DNA of 62,538 nucleotides, filler included, from Stramenopiles sp. TOSAG23-2 (GCA_900128395.1; 8 parts of 8 records of this genome joined end to end with filler, not necessarily neighbours in it); one strand, 5' to 3'. Shown: positions 40,305 to 52,259, counted from the first letter of the whole stretch. A program made the numbers and translations. Notes: generated from the sequence alone by a model not told the origin.

Positions 40305-43037
40305 ATGAGTTGGTTTACAAATATTTCATCGACGTTAGGAAGTATCATGGAGGTGATGGCCCCTATGCCTGATGAACAAGAAAAATTAGAAGAAATTAAA
40401 AAAGTACAAGATGATAGAAAAAAAAGTACAGCTGGTGTTGGTGCAAGATTAGTGGCACAACGAGCTATGGGGAAGGATTCCCCATTTCAATCACCTATTA
40501 AAACACAACAACTAGTCAACATTCGCAATAATAATAATGCTGTTAGCAATAATAATAATAATATTAACAATGCGATGAAAACACCGACAGTATCAATACA
40601 ATCAAATATTAATAATTTTTCAAACAATAACAATAATATGAAAGTTCAAATAAATAATAATAATAGCAATAACACGCCATCACCATCACTAAATTATTCA
40701 TCGAATACCCCGTTATCACCATTTTTAAAAGCAACCCCAGTGCCTGAAACTGTAGTGCAACAAGCTGGCGATGCCGCGATAGTCACTGCGCAATATTTAC
40801 AAGCATCACTTACTATAAGTTTAAACAAACATTATAAAGATTTTTTCAAACACTGTGGTGCTAGTTCATCCACTGTAAAGGAAAAATATCTTGTAAATTT
40901 AAAAAATCAACTGAAAATAGACCCTAAATTGGTTTATGCAAGATCAACATTATCTCGTAGTGCAGATGAATTTGGATGGACTGGCTTGCATTTCGCTGCT
41001 AAATATGATAACATTGGTATGATTGAAACTCTTTTAAATTATAAAGCAGATCCAATGTCTGTGGATGTACGTGGATGTACTGCATTACATGTAGCTGCTA
41101 AAAATCACCGTGTCGATGCATGCAAGCGTTTAATACAAGCAATGTCCGATGCAAATGATGGGAAGAAACCTGTAGGCACACACGCACCAGTGGATTTAAG
41201 AGGATTTACTCCTGCTATTTATGCTAAAATTACAAAAGCAATCAAAGATCGAGCTGTTGATAAAGCAGTAGAAGATGCAGAGAAACGTAAAGTCGAATGT
41301 CAAAGTATTTTATATGCATTTGGTGATCGCCACATATCACCACGTAATCCATCGCCATCATCATTAAGAAAACATTTATTGAATACATCAGGCAGTGATT
41401 TACCAAGTTTGGAAAATTCATTGACATATACGCATCAATGGATGAAAGGATGGAGAGAAAATTTTGAAGATTCATATATTGCTGATGTTGGTCAAGCAGA
41501 TAAAGATTTATGTATATTTGGTGTATTCGATGGGCATCTGGGAAGTTTTACATCACAATTTTGTGCAGACAATTTACAGACAATACTAAATAAAATATTT
41601 TATCTAGAAATGCAAAAACATAATTTAAGTGCAAAGAAAGATTTATATGATAATATTGATAGTTTGTCTGAGATACTAAAAAGTACATTTATTGAGTTGG
41701 ATAGACAATTAAGAGAAAATCCTATGTTATCTGGTACAATCAACGAGGATACGAATGCAAGAGATGTGGTTCCAGAAGCTATTAATAGTACAACAGAAAA
41801 AGAAGGAGGATTTCAAGAAAGTTCTGCTATTGGTATTGGTCAAGCAAAAGCGCCTGATCAAAGTGGTTCCACGGCTGTAGTTGTATTGATCACTCCGCAA
41901 TATATTATTACTGCTAATGTAGGCGATTCACGTGCTGTTTTGCGAACTTGTTCTGGACGGGGTCAAACCATAGCGTTGAATCGAGATCATAATTATCAAT
42001 TGCCTGATGAGGTTGAACGTATCGAAAAAGCGGGAGGGATATTTAAAGGGACACGATTATTTCGCTGTACGAAGGAGGGAGAGAAACGCCATTTAGGCAT
42101 GACTAGATCTATTGGCGATTTTTATTACAAAGATCAACAAGACAAAGACATGCTATCCCAAGTAGTACTTCCAATGCCGGAGATATCTGTGTACAAACGT
42201 TGCAAGGAAGATGCATTGTTGTTAGTCGCTTGTGATGGCATTTGGGATGTTATGGATAATGCAGCTGCATGTGAAAAAGTATTAGAAAATAAAGATGATT
42301 TAGATGAAGGTGTGTTTCAACTGATGGTTGATTGCATGGATCGTGGATCGACGGATAATATGAGTGCCATTGCTGTATTATTTGATCATGTTTCACAAGC
42401 TCATTTACCGACTTATTTAAAACATGAAGGTACTTATTTTCAATGCGACTGGGATAAAACAGGTGCGAAAATTTATAGTCCGTATACAAAAACAAGTAAG
42501 CAAGTAGATGAAATTCTTGATGAAAAGAAATATGTAGATATGAATAACGTGGTGTTAAAACCGGCTCCTACAGTTTCAGATGCCTCATCGAGTAATTCTT
42601 CGAGTGGTACTGTAAATTCCAGTGTTAATGTGACAAAAGAGTTGAAGACGAAATTAGAAGTACAACGTAGTAAAATTACGGACGATACAACAGCTAATAT
42701 AACCATTAATTTCGAAAATGCTTTAGATATTAATGATATAAAAAAGAATGAAATTGTTGATGAAAGTTCTGGTGCATCAAATGAATTAGCTGAAAAATTA
42801 AAACGTAGAAGGGATAGTATGAATAATAATAATAATAATATCAACGATGATAACAATAAACTTGATTTTATTATGAGCCAAACATTTCCAGCTCCTGTTC
42901 CAACACCATTGAAAGTGGAAAATAATTCTACTACCACGGAGGATAAAAGTGTGAACGATTTAAATTTATCACTTGAAAGTGTTTCTTTAGATAGTAGTGG
43001 TGATAATTCAATCATCATAGGTGCAGATTCAATCTAG
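40305..43037 (+). CDS. Ankyrin-repeat plus PP2C (PPM) protein phosphatase
   Basis: GWTGLHFAAK and GCTALHVAAK ankyrins; PP2C motifs GWRENFED, VFDGHLG, GSTA, ANVGDSRAVL, TRSIGD, ACDGIWDV, GSTDNMS. Confidence 0.92.
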   Translation: MSWFTNISSTLGSIMEVMAPMPDEQEKLEEIKKVQDDRKKSTAGVGARLVAQRAMGKDSPFQSPIKTQQLVNIRNNNNAVSNNNNNINNAMKTPTVSIQSNINNFSNNNNNMKVQINNNNSNNTPSPSLNYSSNTPLSPFLKATPVPETVVQQAGDAAIVTAQYLQASLTISLNKHYKDFFKHCGASSSTVKEKYLVNLKNQLKIDPKLVYARSTLSRSADEFGWTGLHFAAKYDNIGMIETLLNYKADPMSVDVRGCTALHVAAKNHRVDACKRLIQAMSDANDGKKPVGTHAPVDLRGFTPAIYAKITKAIKDRAVDKAVEDAEKRKVECQSILYAFGDRHISPRNPSPSSLRKHLLNTSGSDLPSLENSLTYTHQWMKGWRENFEDSYIADVGQADKDLCIFGVFDGHLGSFTSQFCADNLQTILNKIFYLEMQKHNLSAKKDLYDNIDSLSEILKSTFIELDRQLRENPMLSGTINEDTNARDVVPEAINSTTEKEGGFQESSAIGIGQAKAPDQSGSTAVVVLITPQYIITANVGDSRAVLRTCSGRGQTIALNRDHNYQLPDEVERIEKAGGIFKGTRLFRCTKEGEKRHLGMTRSIGDFYYKDQQDKDMLSQVVLPMPEISVYKRCKEDALLLVACDGIWDVMDNAAACEKVLENKDDLDEGVFQLMVDCMDRGSTDNMSAIAVLFDHVSQAHLPTYLKHEGTYFQCDWDKTGAKIYSPYTKTSKQVDEILDEKKYVDMNNVVLKPAPTVSDASSSNSSSGTVNSSVNVTKELKTKLEVQRSKITDDTTANITINFENALDINDIKKNEIVDESSGASNELAEKLKRRRDSMNNNNNNINDDNNKLDFIMSQTFPAPVPTPLKVENNSTTTEDKSVNDLNLSLESVSLDSSGDNSIIIGADSI

Positions 43038-43578
43038 CAGTGGCTATATTATATACAATAGGAGATGGAAAAAAGAAGGAGCGTGTGTATTGATATCTTT
43101 CTCTTCGTATCATATGATATGATAATTATTTTTGTTGAAAGAAACGAATTTTACGAATTTTCGTTTTAAAGTAAGCGTGGACATGTAAAAAAAATATAAT
43201 ATGTGTGCGTGTATAATTTATATATATATATATAAATAAATACGTAATTGTTATTTTACGTAAAACATATATATAATACGAAGTATAAACTGTTCTTTTA
43301 TCTTCTTCTTTTATCTGGATGAGTTTTATTTATCTTATACAGTTGTGCCTAAAATTTTCTTTACTAAAGGCTAAAAAAAAAGTAGCATTATATTTTCTCT
43401 ATTTTAACTTTTTTTCAGTTTTATAATCCTATCTGGTTCTTTGTTTTTCTTTTTATGTTTATAAAATCTATGTACCTACATAAATTAAAAACTGGTAAAT
43501 ATTTTTATATTGCCATAGAAAGAAACGATATATATATATATATATATATATGTCAATTCAAACTGAACGTTATTGTAC

Positions 43579-43872
43579 TTAATATGATTTACCACTAACA
43601 TCGCTAATGTTGTGAGCTTTTGCTGCAGTGCGTTTTCTTGTAGATCTTCTTGCGCCAAGTGGTGACTTCTTCCGTCTGGATGGTGCCTTCTTAGCTTTTG
43701 GTGTTTTCTTTGCTTTACTTTTAGTTTTTGTAACTGTTTTCCCTTTACTTCCTGTAGCAGCTATTGTTAAATTGGAAGTATATAAAACGAAACCGAAGCA
43801 TAGGAAGGAAGCAACAACTAGACTAATAACTGGATGTTGTATCATCATTTCTTGAATCATAGCAGTAGACAT
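43579..43872 (-). CDS. Small membrane-anchored protein with a Lys/Arg-rich tail
   Basis: N-terminal TM helix followed by KTKSKAKKTPKAKKAPSRRKKSP.GARRSTRKR; clean ATG context. Confidence 0.6.
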   Translation of the reverse strand: MSTAMIQEMMIQHPVISLVVASFLCFGFVLYTSNLTIAATGSKGKTVTKTKSKAKKTPKAKKAPSRRKKSPLGARRSTRKRTAAKAHNISDVSGKSY

Positions 43873-44231
43873 GATCTATTTTTTTTTATTTATTTTGTTT
43901 GTTTATAATAATTTTATGAATAATAAAAATAACAATGATTTAGATATTAAATACAATATATTTATCTGGTTCAAAAGATTGTTTTAAAGTTATTCTTTGT
44001 TGGTATTGTGAGGTTGTGTGTTGTATATCTTTTTTTGCAATTTTTTTTTAATATTGATGATTTTCTAACTGTTTTCTAATAATGGTATTTACATGTTATT
44101 TCATAATTTGAAATTGGTTTGGCCCGCCCAGATTCATGAGAGATTTTTAGAAAAATATGCGGCGGTCGGGAATGCTAATGGTATTCCCTGCGTATTATAT
44201 GGTTTATAACGTTAACGTTCATAGCTCACGC

Positions 44232-44735
44232 TTATCTCAGTGATATTTGTACCTTAAAAAATATTCTATTATCAAAAATAATAGTTTTTTTCTTTCTTTT
44301 TCTTGGACGCGCGCCAGCTGCCTTCAAGTCATTTGCATTCTTAATCTCTTTTATTGATTCCCATAATTCATCTGGAAGTTCTTGTTCCTTCCAATAATTC
44401 CTGATCTTGATAATTATTATTGGGATACAGTCGACAGGAACTGTTACCTGCAAACATATTATTATAGGTACAGATATTGCCAAGTGCATTCTGGCCACCC
44501 CGCATTTCCGAAATGGCAACACTATTGCAATATTTTCCATTGCTTTTGCTGTTTCCTCATCTTTTAATTCAAATGTGGCAACATATATAAAATTTTTACG
44601 TCTTCCAAAGTTACAAAAGTTGAGACTATTTCGATAGTCCCAGATTCGACGAGCTAAATTGTTAGTCATTCCAAATTTATAAACTTTGTAATTTTGATTA
44701 TACAAAAACTGCAATAAGTACAGAGTTTCAGAATA
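44232..44735 (-). pseudogene. GIY-YIG (T5orf172/MUG113-like) nuclease remnant
   Basis: TLYLLQ...YKVYKFGMTNNLARRIWDY...AKAME; an in-frame TAG just upstream and no ATG. Confidence 0.5.
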
Positions 44736-44923
44736 CTATTGTTGTTTGCAATGCAGTAGCAGCTGCCCACAAAAGGTTACTGTTGCAACTGGCACTGTTC
44801 GTATTTCCACTTTAGTAGAAGAATTCTTTTTCTTTCATCAATTGGAGCACTGTCTTTTAAGCTCTTCAACCGCCATACCTTTTTTATGAAGTATCCAAGA
44901 CACTTTGTCTTCAAGCAACAAGA

Positions 44924-45562
44924 ATGGGAGTTGATCGAAGTGCATTATTATCAGGCAACATCCAACAATTACATAGACAACGTAGTGAAATGTCCACACT
45001 GATTCAAAATTATAATAGAGTACAAAAAGACGAAGCTGGTATAAATAGGGACGTACAAAATATAAATAATCAAGTTGAAACATTGACTAACCTTGGACGA
45101 TCACATGCACAAGCATTAGCACGACATTATACTCCAACGAATTTATATACTCCATTTGATATTTGTAAAAATATTTCAAACGATAGTAAAAAATTTACAA
45201 AATTTCAAAAAAATGTTTTAGCAAGTAAAACGAAAAAAAATGGAATTTTACAATTTAAAATCGATTTACATAAGAAACTATCTTCATGGAATTATGCACC
45301 GGATAATGAGAGTGATATTAAGAAACATTTAATAAATAAAAAATTAAATGCAAATAGCAAAAAGAAAACTACAGACTTTGAAAAGAAACATCAAAAAGAT
45401 ATGGATGAAAGGCAACCATATAGTTCATCTTTAGAATTAGCAGAAATTTGTGAAAATTTACTCATAGATACTGCAGATGTTGAAAATGATATTATTGATT
45501 TCAGCTTAGCAATTATCGATAAGACAAAACGACGATTGCACAATCGTCACCGCGTTGGTTAA
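44924..45562 (+). CDS. Hypothetical protein
   Basis: 212-codon ATG ORF, divergent from the GIY-YIG remnant; no family recognised. Confidence 0.45.
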   Translation: MGVDRSALLSGNIQQLHRQRSEMSTLIQNYNRVQKDEAGINRDVQNINNQVETLTNLGRSHAQALARHYTPTNLYTPFDICKNISNDSKKFTKFQKNVLASKTKKNGILQFKIDLHKKLSSWNYAPDNESDIKKHLINKKLNANSKKKTTDFEKKHQKDMDERQPYSSSLELAEICENLLIDTADVENDIIDFSLAIIDKTKRRLHNRHRVG

Positions 45563-45831
45563 GGGGAAAAAAAAATTATTAAAGAAGGGGGTGCGCGTGG
45601 TAATGGAATCAATAAAAATTAAAAATATCATAATTGATATGATAATACCGAAGTTTTTGTATTTTTTATATAAAAATTTAAAAAATTAAAGAAATACGAG
45701 AAAGAGAGACTATTATTTATAAAAATAGTGATTCTAAAAAAAAAGTATATATATGTTCTCACTTCCATTCTCTTTCCATCCATGTTCTTCAAGGAAATAA
45801 AACACAGACGACACACACACACTTTTAAATT

Positions 45832-47451
45832 TCAATCACTATCCCAGTCACTTTCACTTGCAAATGAATCTCTTGAATCTCGTCTAGTATCATCTGTTTC
45901 CCTTGCTTTTAATAATGCAGCTAATCCACCCATATTTTTCGTAGTAAAACCACCAGGTTTTGCTTCCTCTTTTTCTTCTATTGTAGGTGGTTTTTCATCA
46001 TTCGTACTTGCCTTTTTAAGACCTTTCAATCCTTTTGAAAATGCATTGACTGCATTGACCTTGGCTTTCAATGTACCACGCCTTGCTTTTGATTTTTTTT
46101 GTTCCTCTTTATCAGCACGACCACTCATAATATTTGCCCTCCTTGATAATTTCATTCGCATCTCTTCCGCTAATGATAATTGTTTTGGCTTTTCTGGCAA
46201 TGGTTTCTGTTTGCGTTTTTTTTGTGGTTTATTTTTTAATTTCTTTGCGCCACCAGCATTACGAATGGCTGCTAATAATCCACCTCGATTTCCTGCAGTT
46301 GGATCTACACCGCTTTCTGTAACAATCTTAGCCGCCTTAGCAGGTGCTGCTGTATTAGTTGCAGGTGGTGGCATTGGTGGAGGTGGAGGATTATTACTGC
46401 TTGGTGGTGGAGGTGGTGGCGGTGGTGGCGCAGCATTACTTGCAGCAGGCTGAGATGGTTGCGTTCCATTACTGCCACTACTACTACTATTACTATTATT
46501 ATTACTATTATTTTGAACTTTCGTCGTTGGCGCGGGTATGCTATCTTCAATACTAGGCAATGCTGGTAAATTTGCTTGAAATACAGTTGGTGCGATGGAG
46601 TTGAGATTATCATCTCCCCCTTGCCATGATGCATCTGCTGCTACAGCTGGTAGATCTGCACCAAAGTTTAAATTAGTTTGGAATTGCAACGTTGGTTGTG
46701 CTTTCATTTTTGGTTTATATGTCATATCTAGAGCTTTAACAGAAGGCAAATCATCGCCTTTCAATAATGTTTGCCCTTGTGCAAACATCTCTTTCTTTTT
46801 CTTTTCTTCTTCTTTCTCTCGTACTTTAACTTCAAAGACATTATCATATTGTTCATCATATTTTTTATATGGCATTTCATTTGTATTAAATAATAAAGTC
46901 GATGATACAGCTTGTAAATGCGACGGCAAAGGACCTAAACCGCTTACAGTTGACATACGCTTACTTTCATGTTGATTTGATCGCCATAATAAATCTAGTA
47001 ATTCACTTGTACTAGTAGGTCCACTAGTAGCATTTGTATTACCAGGAAAGTGTTGTCTTCCATCATCATCAAAATCTTCAAATCCACTTTTACGTTCATA
47101 TTCTTCCAATCCACCATATATAGTTTTGTATTCTGTACTTTCCGGGTTTGAACTATTATTATTATTACTATTATTTTTCCCACCTGGAAAACGTGCACTT
47201 GAAAATAATGTCGTTGCTCTACTACCACGTGAATTTGCTATTGCATTTACTTTACCTTTTGCCGTATTAATTCTAGCAGTTAAATTGTTATATCTTTGTT
47301 TTTCCTCACTTATTCTTGAACTAATGCGTTGGAACATTTTAGTCTGTACACTATTTAATTGCCTCAATGCATTGATCATATCTTCCACGCAATCCGATTC
47401 TTGTACGTCCATGTGGACGGTTGGCACGGTATATACCGTAGCCGACTGCAT
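45832..47451 (-). CDS. WASHC1: WASH complex subunit 1 (Arp2/3 activator)
   Basis: WAHD N-terminus (ATTLFSSARFP, GLGPLP...SSTLLFNTNEMPYKKY), poly-Pro, WH2 RGGLLAAIRNAGG, central helix LAEEMRMKLSRR...SG, acidic ESDWDSD end. Confidence 0.93.
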   Translation of the reverse strand: MQSATVYTVPTVHMDVQESDCVEDMINALRQLNSVQTKMFQRISSRISEEKQRYNNLTARINTAKGKVNAIANSRGSRATTLFSSARFPGGKNNSNNNNSSNPESTEYKTIYGGLEEYERKSGFEDFDDDGRQHFPGNTNATSGPTSTSELLDLLWRSNQHESKRMSTVSGLGPLPSHLQAVSSTLLFNTNEMPYKKYDEQYDNVFEVKVREKEEEKKKKEMFAQGQTLLKGDDLPSVKALDMTYKPKMKAQPTLQFQTNLNFGADLPAVAADASWQGGDDNLNSIAPTVFQANLPALPSIEDSIPAPTTKVQNNSNNNSNSSSSGSNGTQPSQPAASNAAPPPPPPPPPSSNNPPPPPMPPPATNTAAPAKAAKIVTESGVDPTAGNRGGLLAAIRNAGGAKKLKNKPQKKRKQKPLPEKPKQLSLAEEMRMKLSRRANIMSGRADKEEQKKSKARRGTLKAKVNAVNAFSKGLKGLKKASTNDEKPPTIEEKEEAKPGGFTTKNMGGLAALLKARETDDTRRDSRDSFASESDWDSD

Positions 47452-48317
47452 GATTGTATTGCGTTTCTATCTTTGTTTGTTTGTCTGTCTTGATCTGTTA
47501 CTCTTACTCTCTCAGATCTAAATCTATAAATCTATATTATAAATAATTGGACTTCTTCATCAATTATTCATTTTTTTTTTATTCTTCAACATTTTTAACT
47601 CTTCTATATTCTTAGCTTCTTTGTATCGTCTATCAAAATGACCAATAATTTATACTTTCTCTACTATATATTAATATTCTTCATATACCTTATTACATTA
47701 ATTTTCCAATTCTCTCTGATTTAAATTAGTGATGATGCTGAAATTTTTCCAATCGTGTATAGGACTTATACTTATTAGGCTAATTGAACTTTATCCATAA
47801 CCGACGATGTAAAAATAACGATGCATGTAGCTAGAGCGGATCCGATCTACACGTAGCCATGAGTATAGTTTTGTGGTACTGTGGGGCTCGAAAATGTTAA
47901 ATATTATGTTGTACTATATATTGCCACGTATTCCCTGCCTTTACTCCCTGCAAGCAGGGAGTACGTGGCATATAATACTGTAGATTATTGAAATTATAGA
48001 GCGTGTTGTGTTATAAAATTAAACATAAATGCACAAATGTTTAAATATAAATATACATAACAATAAATAACATGTAATATATGTAATTTATCATAATGCA
48101 CATATAAATATAAAAACTAGAAACATATGAGGAGATATATATCGCATGCATTGCGAAAAGTAATCACAATCATTGTAAATACAAACACATTAAAAAAAAA
48201 AAACCTTGATTCAATTTAATTGCAATCTACTAAGCCCAACGCGTAAAAAATATTGATACGTACATACCAAAATATTACCTGAAATATCTGGAATACCTGG
48301 AAACCGAAAAGAAAACA

Positions 48318-48975
48318 ATGTTTATCAAAAGAATATTCATATGCTTCACTCTCTCGTTCACTCTTCTTGCGGCCGTGCAGGGTGCATGCCATGAACATTG
48401 CCAATGGTGCGACAACGATATTTGCAAGGAGTGTCGACACAATCTATATTTATCAAACGGGACATGCGTTGAAATGTGTCCAGATGGATACGTAGAAAAA
48501 CGAAGAAATTGGATTTTCAAGTATGGGCGTATGGTTGGGAATAGGTGTGAATTGCTTGCGGTAATTTTATGCCTGTTAGCTTGCTGCACGCTGAATTATT
48601 TTAAGCCGCAAAAAAATAGAGTGGTCTTTTGGTTGGCGCAGTTATCCTTTATTATAACCAGTTTAAAATTTTCTAGTGCTGTTGTTTTAATTGCAGCCAA
48701 AAATTCAGAAGAACGTGAAAGTATTGGCTCATTTTTAATAGCATTTGATGCCGTCTTCTTTATCGGTAGCATTTTGGGAACTGTGATTGCCATTTATATT
48801 TTATGGGATAAAATCAAAGAGATTAAAAAGGGAACAGCAAAGATTGTTCCAACCACACTCCCTCCCCCCCCCGCCAACAACATCTAATCAGCAACTGTTA
48901 GAAGGGGTTCGTGTAAAATACGGTGCTTCGTCAAAAGAATACAAAGAGGCGTTGAGTGGTATGAGTGTAAAGTAA
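48318..48975 (+). pseudogene. Chimeric or internally deleted membrane-protein gene: signal peptide plus furin-like Cys domain joined to terminal TM helices; frameshift at the poly-C run near 48860
   Basis: CHEHCQWC...CKEC..NLYL..GTCVEMCPDGY abuts TM helices directly; a plausible C-terminal tail (LEGVRVKYGASSKEYKEAL) lies in another frame. Confidence 0.5.
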
Positions 48976-49454
48976 GGTCGAGATATAAATTTTAAAAAAG
49001 AATAATTAGTGAGTGAACTTTAAATAATACAGTATACTGTAGGAATCAGAATAAATATAGCTAAATATATAGTAGCTAAAAAAAAGCAAAAAAATTTTGG
49101 GTTTTATTATACCAGGTAATAGATTTTTATACAAAATGTTTTTCAATTAATTTACCTTAAAAATAATTGCACCACTCTCCTCCTTTATCACATTACTACT
49201 TTTTTTAGTTACTGTCTTAGTATATATATTTGGTTGTACTATTGAAATTATCGTAACAACATTTTCTATATATATATATATATATACTGTAGAACGTTTC
49301 ATTGTCACGTGTCTGTGTACAGCTATAATCTCGTATGTAAAAATAACATATTGTAAATATATAATTTTTTGTTTGTTGTGTGGGTGTGGGTTTATATATA
49401 TAGATATAGATTATTTATTTAATATATTTTTAAAAAATATAATAATAGAATATA

Positions 49455-50042
49455 ATGGGAGCGTTACTAGATATGTGTGCTGGACCGAGAAATATATTTA
49501 TGGAGGAAGCTATGGAAATGAAAAAAAAATATCATGTAAGTGATGAGGAAGAGATGAAAATTAGTACAGTACGTATGGCTGATGTATCTAAGAATTTAAA
49601 ACTGGATTTAAGTAAAAAAGAATTTTTAGAAGATGTTTTTGATAATTATTCAAAGAAAAAACCTGGTTTTTTAACTAGGCTAGAATTGGTTTTAATATTG
49701 AAACATTTAGTAGAAGTAGATACAACTGGAGGTTTTCCTATTCAAAACGATAAAGATGCAAAAGATGGTATGGAGCCTAAACGATCATTATTACTGCGCT
49801 ATGAAACTATCCCAGATGAACATGTTGTACGTGCCCGTGAAACGGCTGATATTGTCTTAACGTCAGAAAAACAAAATGCAATGAATGAAAAGCTAGATAA
49901 AAAAATAGACCGAAAAGGTTTTGCATTTATAAAGAAAGTTTATAAATCAATGGGATTAAAAAAAAATTCAGATATATCTAGAGATGATTTTGTAAATAAA
50001 TTTAAAGTAAAATATTATTGTGATGCTTTGAAAGTGCAGTAG
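49455..50042 (+). CDS. Small protein with degenerate EF-hand-like motifs and a possible N-terminal acylation signal
   Basis: MGALLDMC start; VFDNYSKKKPGFLTRLEL and MGLKKNSDISRDDF resemble EF loops. Confidence 0.55.
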   Translation: MGALLDMCAGPRNIFMEEAMEMKKKYHVSDEEEMKISTVRMADVSKNLKLDLSKKEFLEDVFDNYSKKKPGFLTRLELVLILKHLVEVDTTGGFPIQNDKDAKDGMEPKRSLLLRYETIPDEHVVRARETADIVLTSEKQNAMNEKLDKKIDRKGFAFIKKVYKSMGLKKNSDISRDDFVNKFKVKYYCDALKVQ

Positions 50043-50205
50043 CAAAGATTGTTTATGGGAGTGTGAGAGATATGTCTGCATAAGAATGTAAAAATATATA
50101 AAAGGTATAAAAAGAAAGGAGAGTGTGTATGTGTCTTAGTAAAAAATTAAAAAATGATATTTTTATTTATTAAATTAAACTATACCAATTAATCTCTCTC
50201 TCTCT

Positions 50206-51945
50206 CTACTTCTTCTTTCTAGCTTTCTTCCTTCTTGAGTTATTATTATTTTTATTATTATTTGCTTCATCTATTAAACTTCTTTTAGGTGGCAATGCAA
50301 GCATATCTTCATCTTTTTTACGCACCGCTTCCTCTTGCAACATATCTTGCAATTCTTTTGCTACATTTTGCCATCGTAATTTTTCTTGTTTTAAATTTTC
50401 TATTGTATTTTTTAACATTTTTACTTCATCATTATCATTCTTCGATATTTTTATAACTGCTTCCATATCATTATTATTATTAGTAGTAGTAGCAGCAATA
50501 CTATTATTCATCGTTTCTTTACTGGGTGTGGAATCGTGTAATGATGAATCAATTAATAATAATTCATTACATTTTAAATTTCTTTTTGTTTGTACTGGTA
50601 ATGATGATAATAAAATTGGTAGTTCCATCGTAGAATTACTATTCGAATGTTTTTGCAATGGTTTTAAAGGCCTTAAATTTTTCTTTCCCTTTTCACGTTT
50701 TGACATGGAAGATGATGAAGAATTTTGTTGTTGTAATGCTTGAGTTTTTGATACTAATAAATCTAATGGTTTGATAAGCGTATAAAGTGATGTAATTGGC
50801 CCTAAATGCATATCTAAACGTTTTAAAGATACACATGATGCTGCATCCCATACAACTATAATACCATCTACACCACCAGAAATTAAACGTGTTGAATCAA
50901 GTGTCATAACTAAACAATTGATACGACCATGATGTGCTTGAAGAATTTGTTGATTTTTTCTATTATTATTATTATTATTATTATTATTGTAATTATTGTT
51001 GTTGTTGTTGTTTACATTGTAACTATTATTAATATTATTACTACTATTTGCATTTCTTAAATATCGCATCGATGTTACATATATTTTTCCATCACCACCA
51101 CCAACATATACTTTTCTTTCTTCTAAATCTGTTACAACGGATGTAACATATGTTGGAAAGGAAATGGAATGTAATAAATGCTGTCTTGATAAAGACCAAA
51201 CTTTACATGTATGATCCATTGATGTACTCCATAAATGACCATGTACACCACCAATATTACAATAAATATCAGTGATCGGTAATGTATGATCAGTCCAACT
51301 AAAAAATGGTTTTACACTAACATTATCCATAGTATTGTTACTTTCAATTAAATCAATTATATTCCAAACATGTATAACAGCATCATCCCCACCTGTTATT
51401 AAATATGCACCATCTTTCGTCTCGCAAATTTTAGTAATTTTCTTAAAATGTGCATTTGTACTACGTAATAATTCACCAGATGCTAAATCCCAAACAAAAA
51501 TTCTACCAGTGACCGATCCACCAAAACAAAATACACCAGATTTGGTGACGCATAACGGTCCAATAGCTTCCGGCATGGGACATTTAAAATGTGGTTGTGT
51601 ACGACCCCATGACCATACATTAATAGCTTTTCTATCGGATTGTGATACAAGAAAAAAATCATATCCATCGGATGAATTTTTATTCGTAACAGTACCAGTT
51701 TTATATGCACATCCAGGGCCTCCTACAAGGGATAACCCATTTGATGCACCGGAACATCCTTTAAAATTCATTAATTTTCCACCTGTAGTTGCATCCCAAA
51801 CATGTATTGAGGATATAGTATCTGTACTGTTTTTATTATTGTTGTTGTTGTTATTGGAAGATGACGATTTTTTCTTTTTGGAAGAATTTGTATTTACATT
51901 ATTAGTGGTATTTCCAGATACAGAAATAACAATTTCATTGGACAT
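50206..51945 (-). CDS. WDR18: WD40 pre-rRNA processing protein IPI3/WDR18
   Basis: AINVWSW...CPMPE, GRIFVWDLASGELL...AHFKKIT, WTDHTLPITD, TSMDHTCKVW; C-terminal coiled coil LKQEKLRWQ. Confidence 0.85.
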   Translation of the reverse strand: MSNEIVISVSGNTTNNVNTNSSKKKKSSSSNNNNNNNKNSTDTISSIHVWDATTGGKLMNFKGCSGASNGLSLVGGPGCAYKTGTVTNKNSSDGYDFFLVSQSDRKAINVWSWGRTQPHFKCPMPEAIGPLCVTKSGVFCFGGSVTGRIFVWDLASGELLRSTNAHFKKITKICETKDGAYLITGGDDAVIHVWNIIDLIESNNTMDNVSVKPFFSWTDHTLPITDIYCNIGGVHGHLWSTSMDHTCKVWSLSRQHLLHSISFPTYVTSVVTDLEERKVYVGGGDGKIYVTSMRYLRNANSSNNINNSYNVNNNNNNNYNNNNNNNNNRKNQQILQAHHGRINCLVMTLDSTRLISGGVDGIIVVWDAASCVSLKRLDMHLGPITSLYTLIKPLDLLVSKTQALQQQNSSSSSMSKREKGKKNLRPLKPLQKHSNSNSTMELPILLSSLPVQTKRNLKCNELLLIDSSLHDSTPSKETMNNSIAATTTNNNNDMEAVIKISKNDNDEVKMLKNTIENLKQEKLRWQNVAKELQDMLQEEAVRKKDEDMLALPPKRSLIDEANNNKNNNNSRRKKARKKK

Positions 51946-52259
51946 TGTTGGAAGATTGATATATATATCGATTATTTATGTCGTGAAAAATATTGCAATT
52001 TGTATTGATATTAGATGCCAAGAAATGTTGGAAAGTCTTTGTATATATGGAATGTGAATTTCGTTTATCTTCTATCCCGGAACACATCGATGATGTTTAT
52101 TTTTTGTTTTTGTTTGTTTGAATGAAGCAAAGAAGAAAAGAAGAATTGTGGTGGTGGCCCCAAGGTCGTTTTTAAATATTTTATATATAGGATATTGTAG
52201 TTGGTAGTATATAGATATATATATTAATTATTAGGAGAATATCCTCATCATCACTTGTT

